Shown here piece after piece: positions 17,447 to 27,679 of a stretch of DNA of 64,000 bases (within the stretch, counting starts at the first letter, position 1; every line of letters begins with the position of its first letter). Source of the DNA: an uncultured Desulfobacteraceae bacterium (GTDB lineage Bacteria; Desulfobacterota; Desulfobacteria; Desulfobacterales; SKZT01); assembly GCA_964478625.1 (NCBI GenBank), contig CAYZJH010000014.1, forward strand, positions 7,098 to 71,097, read 5' to 3'. Below the pieces are notes generated by a model. It had not been told where the DNA came from and did not search any database. It saw only the letters and a list, made by a program, of their open reading frames with translations. A program made the position numbers and the translations under genes.

Positions 17447-19234
17447 TTAAAGTTCGGTGCTGAATTGTTTTCCAAAAAGCACATCGTAGGTCAGAACTTC
17501 AAGCCCGCGAATAAAAGGTTCCTGACGAATAGCGGTAAAGGGAATCAATTCTCCGGTGCCGTTTTTGATAAATTTGCGGTGAATCACCGGAAAATCATTT
17601 ATACCCTGTCCGGTAAATGCCATGTGCGGGGGACAATCAATGTTTAAATACCGAAGAAGAATTCCTGGAATATAAGACGGGCTTATTATGGGAGGAATCT
17701 TAACTGAATTGAGCAACTCTTCTTTGTTTGACCAGAGAATTCCGGGGACTTCGCTGAGCTGTTTTTGCAATTGCATTCCCTGCTTGAGTGTTCCTGATAA
17801 ATGATAAAAGGTAGGCCCGATGTTGGGTTGATGATCACCGAAAAAGAAAAGGACCACCGGCTCCCTGCGAGTGCTTAGATATTGAATCAACCTTGCCAGC
17901 TCCCTATCCGCATCCCGAAGCCCGGTCAAATATGTTTCCAGCTCCTTTCGAGACCATTCCGGGTAATCAGCTTTTACGGAGATGGTGTCTGAACCATAGG
18001 CGTTGGGAATATAAGGCATATGATTCTGCATGGAAACGGCATAAACCATATAAGGACCGTCGGTTGATTCAATGACATCGATCATCTTATCAACCAAAGC
18101 CTTATCAGAAATAAATTTTCCTCTGATTTCAGCATCTTCAAACTGTTCTATTGAAATAAACTCATCAAAACCCAGGTTGGGATACACACGATCACGACTC
18201 CAGAACCAGGCATGAAAAGGATGTACGGCAACGGTCTGATATCCCTGATTTTTTAGTACGGATGCCAGTGATGAAGTAGGACGGCGCAGGTAATGATCAA
18301 AAGGTATTGCCCCTGAAGGCAAAAAAGCATTGGAAAGACCTGTCAGAACCTCAAATTCCACCAGACTGGTGTTGCCTGCAAAAGTGGGGGAGACCAGCGT
18401 AAAGCTTGGAAACCGGGAAGACAGTTTTTTGATATTTTTCAGCGGGTCATCCGAAGCTTCGAATTGGGCATCAGAAAGCAACGAAAACCCCTCGCTCATC
18501 AGAATAACGAGGCTGACCGGTTCATATTTTTCGGCAGTTTGATTTTCCAGACTGATATAATCTCCCATCAGGCCGGCCACCAAGTCCCGGTTATACCCTT
18601 CCGGCATTTTGATGAGAGCCGGTGCAATATTCATTGAAAAGGCCAGTAAAAATCCGTTGGTGGCATAATTTTCGGTCTGATCCCAGTTGATATTGCGAAT
18701 TTTGAAAAATTTTAGAGGGTTGGATGTATTCCAGAAAAAAAATCCTGCTAAAATGGCCGTTAAAACAATAAAGGATAAACGGGATTTAACTCTGAAATTG
18801 CCGACAAGGTGCCTGAAACGATACACTAAAAACAATGCGGTTACCAAAAGCAAAACCCCTGCCGGAATCAGAATCTTTCCAGATAGCAGCGCCATGGCCA
18901 GGGCTCCCAAATGCCAGACATACATCAAGTCCCAACCGTAGAAAGGGATATGAAGAACCATTAATTTAATGACATTTACCGCAGTCAGGATCATTAGAAA
19001 ACCTGCGCCACAAATGATGCCCCGGAGGATTTTTCCGGTCATCGCGGCAAAAGCCGAAAACAATATTGCCGCAAGCCACACATTGACGGCAAATGGTTTC
19101 GGGTAGAGTAAAATCCAGTCCAACACATCATGAAAACTTCGTCGGATGATAATTTCCTGGAAAATTACGGCCCCGGCCGGGGCAAGGGCAAGTAGAAACA
19201 AGCCGGGTAAAAAAAAGGAAAAACGTGATTTCAT
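17447..19234 (-). CDS. LTA-synthase/phosphoglycerol-transferase family membrane sulfatase-fold protein
   Basis: About five N-terminal TM segments; MSEGF, FAGNTSLVEFEVLTG, HPFHAWFWSR, SMQNH, FFGDHQP. Confidence 0.85.
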   Translation of the reverse strand: MKSRFSFFLPGLFLLALAPAGAVIFQEIIIRRSFHDVLDWILLYPKPFAVNVWLAAILFSAFAAMTGKILRGIICGAGFLMILTAVNVIKLMVLHIPFYGWDLMYVWHLGALAMALLSGKILIPAGVLLLVTALFLVYRFRHLVGNFRVKSRLSFIVLTAILAGFFFWNTSNPLKFFKIRNINWDQTENYATNGFLLAFSMNIAPALIKMPEGYNRDLVAGLMGDYISLENQTAEKYEPVSLVILMSEGFSLLSDAQFEASDDPLKNIKKLSSRFPSFTLVSPTFAGNTSLVEFEVLTGLSNAFLPSGAIPFDHYLRRPTSSLASVLKNQGYQTVAVHPFHAWFWSRDRVYPNLGFDEFISIEQFEDAEIRGKFISDKALVDKMIDVIESTDGPYMVYAVSMQNHMPYIPNAYGSDTISVKADYPEWSRKELETYLTGLRDADRELARLIQYLSTRREPVVLFFFGDHQPNIGPTFYHLSGTLKQGMQLQKQLSEVPGILWSNKEELLNSVKIPPIISPSYIPGILLRYLNIDCPPHMAFTGQGINDFPVIHRKFIKNGTGELIPFTAIRQEPFIRGLEVLTYDVLFGKQFSTEL

Positions 19235-19786
19235 ATTTTTGAACTATATTAACATCATCATACTCAGCAGAATCAATTCCAAAAAAAACAAATAAAATCC
19301 AAACAAAATCCAAACAATATTAATCCAATGCAATAATAACGCCAGTTTTGGACAGTAAATACCAAATGTCTCGCCTTAAAAGACACCAGGTTTTTTTAAA
19401 ACCCTTTTTCAATCAGAAATGAGAATCCTCATTTCAGCAGAGTGAGAAAATTTCGTACACGTGTGTGCAAATTTCGTAACCATTGCCACTGGCATTATTG
19501 ATTCCGATCCGAAAAATTATCAATTGTATCAGCATATTATGCCATTGGCCTGCTGTTTGCAACGGGTCTTCAGATTGTTTGGAGGCTGTTAGCTTAATGT
19601 TTGTGTTTGATTCAAATTTAATCCTAGAACATGCAACACTTTCTGACACCAAAAGTATGAAAAATCGTTCCAATAAAACCCTTTCATTTTTCGGTGTGAC
19701 CGAATCGTACTCACTCGAAACATAACGCCTTAATCCAATAAGTTGCAAAAGCAGATGGCTTTAAGATTCCATAATAAGGAGATAAC

Positions 19787-22444
19787 GTGAAGTACATAAA
19801 AAATATGACAATGATCAATTTAAGTTTAGGTTTGATTTTCGGTATCATGACCTTTATGACTTGGGCATATCTGAATCGGCCTTTTAGTGAGCCGGCATGG
19901 CCTTCTTCGGTTTCCGGTATGTCTTTTTCACCACTGCGTATTGGAAATGATCCAGCCAATAACGTTTATCCTTCTGTGGAGGAAATTGATCAGGATATCA
20001 AGCTATTGGCAGGTCAGGTTCATTCCTTAAGAACCTACGGCGTCAGCGGCACTTTAAGCGAAATTCCGGCATTGGCCCAAAAATACAACATGAAGATCAC
20101 GCTTGGGGCCTGGCTCACCGCAGACCCAGTGCAAAATGATATTGAGCTGACAAAACTGATTGCTGTTGCCAATGCCCACAAAGATGTCGTCAAACGGGTC
20201 ATAGTGGCGAACGAAACCATTCTTCGGAAAGAGTTGACCGTAGAAGAACTGGCGGTTTATTTAAAACGTGTTCGATCCGAATTGAACAATATCCCCATCA
20301 GCACAGGCGAACCCTGGCATATATGGATCGAGCACCCTGAACTCACCGAGCATGTGGATTTTATCGCCGCTCACTTTCTTCCTTACTGGGAAGGTATCAG
20401 TTTGGATGAGGCGGTTGATCATGTCGAGATAACCTATAACATTCTTGAGACTGAATTTCCGAAAATGCCTATACTGATGGCGGAAGTCGGTTGGCCAAGC
20501 AATGGCCGAACCCGTAAGAGCGCCATAGCATCCGAAGCCAACGAAGCTATTTTTCTTCGTCGGTTTCTTGACCGCGCAAGGGCTGAAAATTACGAGTATT
20601 ATTTGATGGAAGCTTTTGATCAGACCTGGAAAAAAGAAACTGAAGGATCAGTGGGGGCATATTGGGGCGTTTTTGATGCCTACAGGAACCCGAAATTCAC
20701 TTTTACCGAACCCATTGTCAAAGTACCCCAGTGGAGATGGCTTGCCGGCGGGTCCATTATTGTGGCTATGTTGGTTTTCTTTATCCTTCTTTTTGACAGC
20801 CACACTCTCCTGGGCAGGGGAAAAGGGTTCCTGGCCATCATCGCCTACGGATGCAGCGTCAGCATGGTATGGGCAGGTTATGATTACACAAACCAGTATC
20901 TGACCCCAGGGATTATCCTTATCGGAATCGTCCTTGCCATGGGTTTCCTCGGAATCAGCCTGGTTCTCCTGGCAGAAGCGCATGAGTGGGCTGAAACATC
21001 GTGGGTCAAGCGGCGGCGCAGACTGTTTACCCCGCTCAATAGCCCTCCGGTGCAACACCCGGTCAGATACCCCAAAGTGTCGATCCATGTTCCAGCATAC
21101 AACGAACCTCCGGAAATGGTTAAAGAAACATTAAACAGCCTTGCCCAGCTTAATTATCCGAACTTCGAGGTTCTGGTTATCGACAACAACACCAAAGATC
21201 CTGCCATTTGGCAACCGGTTTCAGACCATTGTCTGAAACTGGGTGATCGGTTTCGTTTTTTTCATGTGGACCCTCTTAAAGGATTCAAAGCAGGGGCTCT
21301 TAATTTTGCAGCCGGACATACGTGTGAAGATGCCGAAATCATTGCTGTTATCGACAGTGACTACCAGGTAAAATCTTCATGGTTAAAAGACCTTGTTCCC
21401 TATTTCACAAAACCTGAAGTCGGATTTGTGCAGGCACCTCAAGACTATCGGGATGGCAACGAAAAAACTTTCAAAGCCATGTGTCATGCTGAATACAAAG
21501 GATTTTTTCATATTGGGATGGTTACCCGCAATGACCGTAACGCCATCATCGAACACGGAACCATGACCATGATCAGAGCTTCGGTGCTCAAAGAGGTCGG
21601 GGGATGGGCAGAATGGTCCATAACCGAAGACGCCGAGCTGGGGTTGCGTATTTTCGAACACGGATATGAAGCGGTTTATGTTAAAGACAGTTACGGCAAG
21701 GGATTGATTCCTGATACGTTTACAGACTACAAAAAGCAGCGTTACCGGTGGGCATATGGGGCTATTCAGATTCTCAAACGCCATGGAAAAAAGTTGGTGG
21801 GAAAAGAACCCTCACGCCTGACTCTCGGGCAAAGATATCATTATCTCGCAGGTTGGCTTCCCTGGGTATCCGACGGGATCAACATTTTTTATACCATCGG
21901 GGCAATTGTCTGGTCGCTGTTGATGATTCTCAATCCCGGCCATGTGGATCCTCCATTGGCCATTTTCATGATCCCGCCGGTGGCACTTTTCTTCTTTAAA
22001 GTGGCTAAAATGATCCACCTTTACCGAACACGAATCAGGAGTACCCGACTTCAAACTCTGGCAGCAGCCTTTTCAGGGCTTGCTCTGTCCCATACCATCG
22101 CCAAAGCGGTTTTGTCCGGCTTTCTTACCTCAGGAAAGCCTTTCTTCAGAACCCCCAAATGCGAAAACTGCCCGGCTTTCATCAAAGCACTGGCCTCATC
22201 TTTTGAGGAAACCGGTATTGCTCTTACACTTTGGGCTGCCGCTTTCGGCGTTATGGTGGTTCAAGGAAAAGAAACACCCGGTGCGGTGCTGTGGGCTTAT
22301 GTGCTGATTATTCAATCCTTGCCTTATGCGGCATCACTGGTGATGTCACTGATCAACCTATTGCCCGCCCGTCGTCAAAAAACTTTCAAGACCCGCTCTT
22401 CCATCCCTACCCACATGAGGGTGTTTGTAAAGAACAACCGATAG
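19787..22444 (+). CDS. GH17 + GT2 fusion, NdvB-like cyclic beta-glucan synthase
   Basis: GH17 part (VIVANE, AHFLPYWEG, AEVGWPS, EAFDQTWK); GT2 part (HVPAYNEP, IDSDY, TEDAELG, QRYRW). Confidence 0.88.
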   Translation: MKYIKNMTMINLSLGLIFGIMTFMTWAYLNRPFSEPAWPSSVSGMSFSPLRIGNDPANNVYPSVEEIDQDIKLLAGQVHSLRTYGVSGTLSEIPALAQKYNMKITLGAWLTADPVQNDIELTKLIAVANAHKDVVKRVIVANETILRKELTVEELAVYLKRVRSELNNIPISTGEPWHIWIEHPELTEHVDFIAAHFLPYWEGISLDEAVDHVEITYNILETEFPKMPILMAEVGWPSNGRTRKSAIASEANEAIFLRRFLDRARAENYEYYLMEAFDQTWKKETEGSVGAYWGVFDAYRNPKFTFTEPIVKVPQWRWLAGGSIIVAMLVFFILLFDSHTLLGRGKGFLAIIAYGCSVSMVWAGYDYTNQYLTPGIILIGIVLAMGFLGISLVLLAEAHEWAETSWVKRRRRLFTPLNSPPVQHPVRYPKVSIHVPAYNEPPEMVKETLNSLAQLNYPNFEVLVIDNNTKDPAIWQPVSDHCLKLGDRFRFFHVDPLKGFKAGALNFAAGHTCEDAEIIAVIDSDYQVKSSWLKDLVPYFTKPEVGFVQAPQDYRDGNEKTFKAMCHAEYKGFFHIGMVTRNDRNAIIEHGTMTMIRASVLKEVGGWAEWSITEDAELGLRIFEHGYEAVYVKDSYGKGLIPDTFTDYKKQRYRWAYGAIQILKRHGKKLVGKEPSRLTLGQRYHYLAGWLPWVSDGINIFYTIGAIVWSLLMILNPGHVDPPLAIFMIPPVALFFFKVAKMIHLYRTRIRSTRLQTLAAAFSGLALSHTIAKAVLSGFLTSGKPFFRTPKCENCPAFIKALASSFEETGIALTLWAAAFGVMVVQGKETPGAVLWAYVLIIQSLPYAASLVMSLINLLPARRQKTFKTRSSIPTHMRVFVKNNR

Positions 22445-22482
22445 GTGTATCCGGCTCCCCGTCTAACACATGGCGGGGAGCA

Positions 22483-23331
22483 CTATTCCATATCAATGCC
22501 GATTTCTTCAAAAATCGGCTTTAAAAATTCAAGGCTTTTTTTTCCGGCCGCTTCCGGCATATGCACATAGGGATATAATTCAAGACTGATATCTCCCTGG
22601 TAGTTCAGCCGGACCATCGTGGTAAGCACTTCTTTAAGATCAATGGCACCCAAACCCGGAATAAGATGATTGTGTTCGCGCGTGGAAGCAATATCTTCGA
22701 GATGCACGTGGCCCGTATATTCAAAAAGGTCCTCAAATGATTTCGACGGATTTTCACCCGCACAATAAAAATGTCCGATATCAAAATTGAGCCCGATGAA
22801 AGGGGACCGGACATCTTTAATAAACTCTTTGAATTCCGAGGTGTTTTCCATCAGAAGGTCTGGTTCGGGTTCCACCAGAATTTTTATTCCCAATCTTTCA
22901 GCATCAGGCATAACCTTTTCCAGGCCTTGATGAAAAAGTTGGAAAGCCTGTTTCCGGGACATGTTTTTTTCAAGAGGGCCTCCCGGGGGAACCGAAATGT
23001 TGGCGCAATCAAGGGCTTTTGCCACCTTCAGAGATTGAAGAGTGTGCCGGATACGAATTTCCCGTCTTTTCTTCTCAGGTTCGATCCAGGATGGAAGATA
23101 GGTGTCGCCGACGGCAAAAAGCGTGAAACTGTTGATATTATTTACTTTTAATCGATTTTTTTTAAGCAGAGTTCCGACATGATCCAGTTTTTCCCGGCTA
23201 TAATCGGGAGGATAAAGGTGTGGCCGGTCCCCCATGATCTCAACCCCCTTAAATCCGAGTCGGGCGATCATTTCAATGGATTCTTCCAGGGAATATCTGA
23301 CAAAAGCGTTGGTGCTGTATCCAAATGTCAT
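22483..23331 (-). CDS. Sugar-phosphate isomerase/epimerase (xylose-isomerase-like TIM barrel)
   Basis: LVEPEP, NFDIGH, HVHLED, H.HLIPGLG, SLELY; start refined to ATG 23331 after GGAG. Confidence 0.85.
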   Translation of the reverse strand: MTFGYSTNAFVRYSLEESIEMIARLGFKGVEIMGDRPHLYPPDYSREKLDHVGTLLKKNRLKVNNINSFTLFAVGDTYLPSWIEPEKKRREIRIRHTLQSLKVAKALDCANISVPPGGPLEKNMSRKQAFQLFHQGLEKVMPDAERLGIKILVEPEPDLLMENTSEFKEFIKDVRSPFIGLNFDIGHFYCAGENPSKSFEDLFEYTGHVHLEDIASTREHNHLIPGLGAIDLKEVLTTMVRLNYQGDISLELYPYVHMPEAAGKKSLEFLKPIFEEIGIDME

Positions 23332-23387
23332 TTTTTCTCCTAACAATATTTTTCGAATATGATCTGCTTGGCAATGTAAACTTTTGG

Positions 23388-24551
23388 TTATTCCGACGAA
23401 AGCCGGCATCCCTCTCTGAGCTTTTCCAACGCCCTGATCTGCTGTTCAAAAGTTATGGGAGGATTGCTGCCGATGGGTTTTTTAAAATAAAATCCCAGTT
23501 CGGAAATGAGGCCTTTACGGCCCGAAAGCCCGATTGCGGCCATCCATCGGGCAAGATCGATCACCAAAGGGGCGGCCAGGATTGAATCCCTGCACAGGAA
23601 ATTAATTCTGATGCTCATGGGAAGGTCAAAGAGACCGTTAAAGTCGATCACATCCCAGGCCTCCTTGGCATCCCCCCTGGGCGGGTAATAATCAATAACA
23701 ACCTTATGTGTGGGCGTGCCGTATTTTTCCCCGACACCATAGCCCAGAATATCATCAAGGAGCTGTGTCTTATTCGCTAATTTTCCTGCTGCACATTCCG
23801 GATTCATAAGATTTTTTCCATCATCATTGCCAAGAATATTCAGGCTGTACCAGCCATCGACTCTGAGTGATCTGGCTTTGAGTGCAGATGCCATAACAAC
23901 CTTCAGATAGGTTTGTCCGGTTTTGCCGTCCCGTCCGCAAATCGGAACTCCTCTTTTTTCAGCTTCTCGGCAGATGACCGGATGTTCAACGCTATTAGGT
24001 GTAAAATTGACTACAGGTACACCCGATAAAACAGCAGCAAGGACATAAGCAAGATCGGGAAATCTTTTTGTATTCTCGTTTTCATAGAGTGCATCAAGAT
24101 CTTGAGTGTCATCCGGAACAGGGTTGGATGCCGCCGGCAACAGGTTGACCATGACGGGCAGCGCATCGGGATTTAGGGATCTGAAATGGGAAATGTCCTT
24201 TAAAATCGTTTCCACCTGGTTCTTAAGTCCAATTGATTTATTTGGGGCTGGTCTGACAGGTATTTGAAGAATTTTTGCCTGATATGGCATCCATATTTGA
24301 GGAGAAAGGACGCCATGATGCCGGATCGCATCGATCAGGGTACCATTTTCCGAATCCCACCCCGCTGTGAAAATGCTCTCAGGAGTACCGAGATTAGGCA
24401 AGTTGTTTGCGGTGGTCAGATAAGGCAAGATCATTTCGGGGCGATCATTCAGTACCGATGCTGCAACCGAGACGGTCGAGGCTACGGCTCCTTTGACCCC
24501 TGCAATAAGAATTAAAAGGGGGCAGTTGTTTGAGTGTTCAAGGTTTTTCAT
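23388..24551 (-). CDS. ino1: myo-Inositol-1-phosphate synthase
   Basis: VVNFTP, GRDGKTGQT, NILGNDDG, K..LLDDILG, IDYYPPRGDAKEAWD, DSILAAPLVIDL. Confidence 0.9.
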   Translation of the reverse strand: MKNLEHSNNCPLLILIAGVKGAVASTVSVAASVLNDRPEMILPYLTTANNLPNLGTPESIFTAGWDSENGTLIDAIRHHGVLSPQIWMPYQAKILQIPVRPAPNKSIGLKNQVETILKDISHFRSLNPDALPVMVNLLPAASNPVPDDTQDLDALYENENTKRFPDLAYVLAAVLSGVPVVNFTPNSVEHPVICREAEKRGVPICGRDGKTGQTYLKVVMASALKARSLRVDGWYSLNILGNDDGKNLMNPECAAGKLANKTQLLDDILGYGVGEKYGTPTHKVVIDYYPPRGDAKEAWDVIDFNGLFDLPMSIRINFLCRDSILAAPLVIDLARWMAAIGLSGRKGLISELGFYFKKPIGSNPPITFEQQIRALEKLREGCRLSSE

Positions 24552-24741
24552 TTAAAATCAATCCTTTACTGGTTATACCCAGCAATTTCCAAATATATCA
24601 CAGCCTATCCCGGACCGAATTCTTTCTTCGAGGTCTATATGAAACGGGCAAATATTTTTGTCAATGTTTACGGTCAATAGTAATGCAAATTTATCGGTAT
24701 TCCAAAAATTTTTCCAGAACATCCGAAATCCTAAAATTGTT

Positions 24742-25437
24742 CTAAAGAGTCATCACGGAACACCATCTCTGGTATTCCGTTCCGGAAGGCAAGCCTTTTC
24801 TTTCCAGAACAGCGATAATGGTTTCCTGGTTGAACCTCAGGTAGGGATTTACTTTCCGTTCATCAGCCAAAACAGAACAGACATGATCAGGGTCATAAGC
24901 TGTCAGATAAGGGGTGATATCCGGATTGTCAGGTTCAAATTGTCTCGCAACGACCATCGACTCGGTCACATAATCATGCCCGGCATACAAAATAGTGTCG
25001 TCAGGGTAAGACATCAGAAGTTTAATGGATTTTAAAAATCGGTCCAGGTCACCTGAGAAGCAATTGCCCACAGTACCGTTAAAAAGAGTATCTCCGGCAA
25101 TCAGGCATGATCCGGTATAAAAACTCACCGAATCCGATGTATGGCCCGGAGTGGGTAAAACTTTGATCTCCTGATTTTCAAGAAATATTTTTCCGGATTT
25201 TACAAGGTTTTTGTGATCCTTGTAAGTCGCATTCATTTTTTTGACCAAATCCGATGTTCCCATCATGTGATCAGCATGAGAGTGGGTGTTGGTCACATAT
25301 TTCAAGACGAGACCCTGGTCGCGTATAAAGGCCTGAATTTGCTCTACAGCGCCTCCATCAATGGCTATGGCCTCCTGTTGGCGATAAATAACATATCCCA
25401 GATTGTCGAATGAGTACCGAAACTGTTTAACTTTCAT
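24742..25437 (-). CDS. gloB: Hydroxyacylglutathione hydrolase-like MBL-fold protein
   Basis: THSHADH, TPGHT, GDTLF, GHDY, E...NPYLR. Confidence 0.8.
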   Translation of the reverse strand: MKVKQFRYSFDNLGYVIYRQQEAIAIDGGAVEQIQAFIRDQGLVLKYVTNTHSHADHMMGTSDLVKKMNATYKDHKNLVKSGKIFLENQEIKVLPTPGHTSDSVSFYTGSCLIAGDTLFNGTVGNCFSGDLDRFLKSIKLLMSYPDDTILYAGHDYVTESMVVARQFEPDNPDITPYLTAYDPDHVCSVLADERKVNPYLRFNQETIIAVLERKGLPSGTEYQRWCSVMTL

Positions 25438-25466
25438 ACAATGATTTGTAATCCTTTTGATGATGA

Positions 25467-25739
25467 TCAGGATTGTTTGAGAGCTGGATTTTTAACTGAT
25501 CGGATTTCGCCGTTTTCCGCCAGAAGCTTGAACACCTTATAGCAACGATCGCCGACAAACATGGATTGTCCCAGACCTCCGGCCGCTACGGGGGTCTTGT
25601 AACTCAGCGTAATGATCCAGAATTTGTCATCATCAGTAAGTTCCGCTTCCTCAAACAAAACTTTTCCTAGATCATGGTCGGGGTAGAGTTTTTTCAAATG
25701 TTCAATAGCTTTACCGGATGCTTCATTGACATCAATCAT
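25467..25739 (-). CDS. Hypothetical protein
   Basis: 90-aa ORF with GGAG RBS, co-oriented with the gloB-like gene. Confidence 0.65.
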   Translation of the reverse strand: MIDVNEASGKAIEHLKKLYPDHDLGKVLFEEAELTDDDKFWIITLSYKTPVAAGGLGQSMFVGDRCYKVFKLLAENGEIRSVKNPALKQS

Positions 25740-26007
25740 AACTTTCTCCGATCAAGGTTAACCAAGGCATTTTTGCTTATTTTAGAATGATCCCGTCTGA
25801 TCCCGGAGAGGGTCAAACCGACAGTACTTTATTTTTACAAGCCTATCTTATAATGAGGTATTCCAGTAAAAAAATCAACCATCCATGTGCCTGATTAACC
25901 CCCATGAAAACCTATCAGTTGACAAGACCTTAAAAATCATTCAAATAAGTATTGATGCTGTCCATAACTTATTGAGACTTATGATTTTTTGACAAGGAGT
26001 TTTACTT

Positions 26008-26352
26008 ATGACAGTGCCGACCTTTTTGCAAAAAGCTCAAAAACTTGATATTGAAGCTTATAAAAAGCCAAAAGATTGGAAAGGTCTTTCCAAAACGCAT
26101 GTGCCATACTCCGGTTCCCCCCGGAAACATCCGTATGACACCAACAAAGTCATCCTGGTTGCTGATCCCTTTAGTACGAATACCTTCTATTACGAATTTA
26201 ATATTCGTGACATCGAATTTATCGAAGATCTGCCTAATATGGTTAACATTGAAGGAGACGCAGTGACCATGGTGAGAATATGGATCAAGAAAAAGTCCAT
26301 CGGGGTGAGATGCACCCCCTTTGTTGTGGAAGACATCAACAGTGAAAAATAA
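26008..26352 (+). CDS. Hypothetical protein
   Basis: 114-aa ORF after an AAGGAG RBS; no family motif I can support. Confidence 0.7.
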   Translation: MTVPTFLQKAQKLDIEAYKKPKDWKGLSKTHVPYSGSPRKHPYDTNKVILVADPFSTNTFYYEFNIRDIEFIEDLPNMVNIEGDAVTMVRIWIKKKSIGVRCTPFVVEDINSEK

Positions 26353-26577
26353 TACAGGCTGACATTATTTTACGGGACATTTACCCTTTACCGAATCTGC
26401 TTGACTCATCCATGATGAGGACACATATTTTAAAAAATTGAGGTCTTAACTTGCCCTTTTCCAGCCTCTTCCGGTTGGGATGGGTTTTTTCGTTCATCAG
26501 ATAATCTTCTATCTGAACTGTCCGGATCCACTTATAAGATCTTTGCAACAGCCCCATACCATTTGAGGAGGTCAGCC

Positions 26578-27675
26578 ATGCCTAAAACCAAAATTGATAT
26601 CCCCTATCATGTAGATAACCTTTCCATATTGGATCATACCGGCAAGGTTGATAAAGATTTGGAACCGGACATACCTGATGACCTTTTACTGGAAATTTAC
26701 AAAACCATGGTGCTGGGGAGAAGATTTGACGAACGGATGCTTAATCTCCAACGGCAAGGACGGATAGGCACCTTTCCTCCAATTACGGGACAAGAGGCAT
26801 CTCAACTTGGAGCGGTTGCACAATTGAAGCAATCGGACTGGTTTGTCCCTTCTTTCCGGGAAACAGCTGCGGAAATTTGGAGGGGAAGAACCCTTGAAAG
26901 TTTTTTACTCTATTATGCAGGGTATAACGAGGGTGTTGACATCGCCAAGGAACAAAACAACCTCCCATTGAGTGTTCCTGTGGGATCACAAACGCTCCAT
27001 GCCGTAGGGCTGGCGTGGGCAATCCGATATCGCAAAAAAGATGACGTCGCCATGACATGGTTTGGAGATGGAGCCACCAGTGAAGGCGACTTTCATGAAG
27101 CCATGAATTTTGCCGGAGTGTTTAACCTTCCTGTAATCTTTGTGTGTCAGAATAATCAATGGGCCATATCCGTTCCGCTTTCCAAACAGACCTTGTCGAA
27201 AACCCTTGCGCAAAAAGCACTGGCATACGGTTTCCCTGGAATTCAGGTGGATGGCAATGATGTGCTGGCTGTGTATGCGGCTGCAAAAGAGGCTGTAGAC
27301 AGGGCTAGAGCAGGCGATGGCCCCACCATGATTGAGTGTGTTACCTATCGGATGATGATGCATACCACCGCTGATGACCCTAAACGCTATCGATCCGATG
27401 ATGAGGTGGATGGGTGGCGAAAAAAGGATCCGATCACCCGTTTTGAGAAATATCTTTCCGGCAGAAATCTGCTAAACCCCCAAAAAATCGAATCCATAGA
27501 TCAGGAAGTCAAGGAGCAGATTCAGAAGGCTGTGGATAAAGCCGAAATGAAAATGAAAGAACTGGGTGATCCTTTGGACATGTTTAATCACGCCTACGCC
27601 GAAATGCCGCCACATCTGGAAGCTCAAAAAGCATTTCTGGCCCGGGAGCTGGCCGAAGCAACTGAAAAGGAGTAG
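26578..27675 (+). CDS. pdhA: 2-oxoacid (pyruvate-type) dehydrogenase E1 alpha
   Basis: QRQGRIG, GQEA, GDGATSEGDFHEAMNFA..NN (TPP motif), HTTADDP; ATG 26578 after GAGGAGG. Confidence 0.93.
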   Translation: MPKTKIDIPYHVDNLSILDHTGKVDKDLEPDIPDDLLLEIYKTMVLGRRFDERMLNLQRQGRIGTFPPITGQEASQLGAVAQLKQSDWFVPSFRETAAEIWRGRTLESFLLYYAGYNEGVDIAKEQNNLPLSVPVGSQTLHAVGLAWAIRYRKKDDVAMTWFGDGATSEGDFHEAMNFAGVFNLPVIFVCQNNQWAISVPLSKQTLSKTLAQKALAYGFPGIQVDGNDVLAVYAAAKEAVDRARAGDGPTMIECVTYRMMMHTTADDPKRYRSDDEVDGWRKKDPITRFEKYLSGRNLLNPQKIESIDQEVKEQIQKAVDKAEMKMKELGDPLDMFNHAYAEMPPHLEAQKAFLARELAEATEKE

Positions 27676-27679
27676 AAAA

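Noticed and set aside
19294-19315. AAAATCCAAAC tandem duplication as a CRISPR or VNTR
   Set aside because: Only two 11-nt copies in A-rich DNA, no spacers and no cas genes
19434-19959. Short track ORFs in the intergenic region upstream of the glucan synthase
   Set aside because: No RBS or recognisable motifs; they overlap promoter DNA or the real gene on the opposite strand
26008-26352. Inorganic pyrophosphatase label that I recall being applied to similar proteins
   Set aside because: Lacks the family I D-x-D-P-x-D motif and is too short; left as hypothetical
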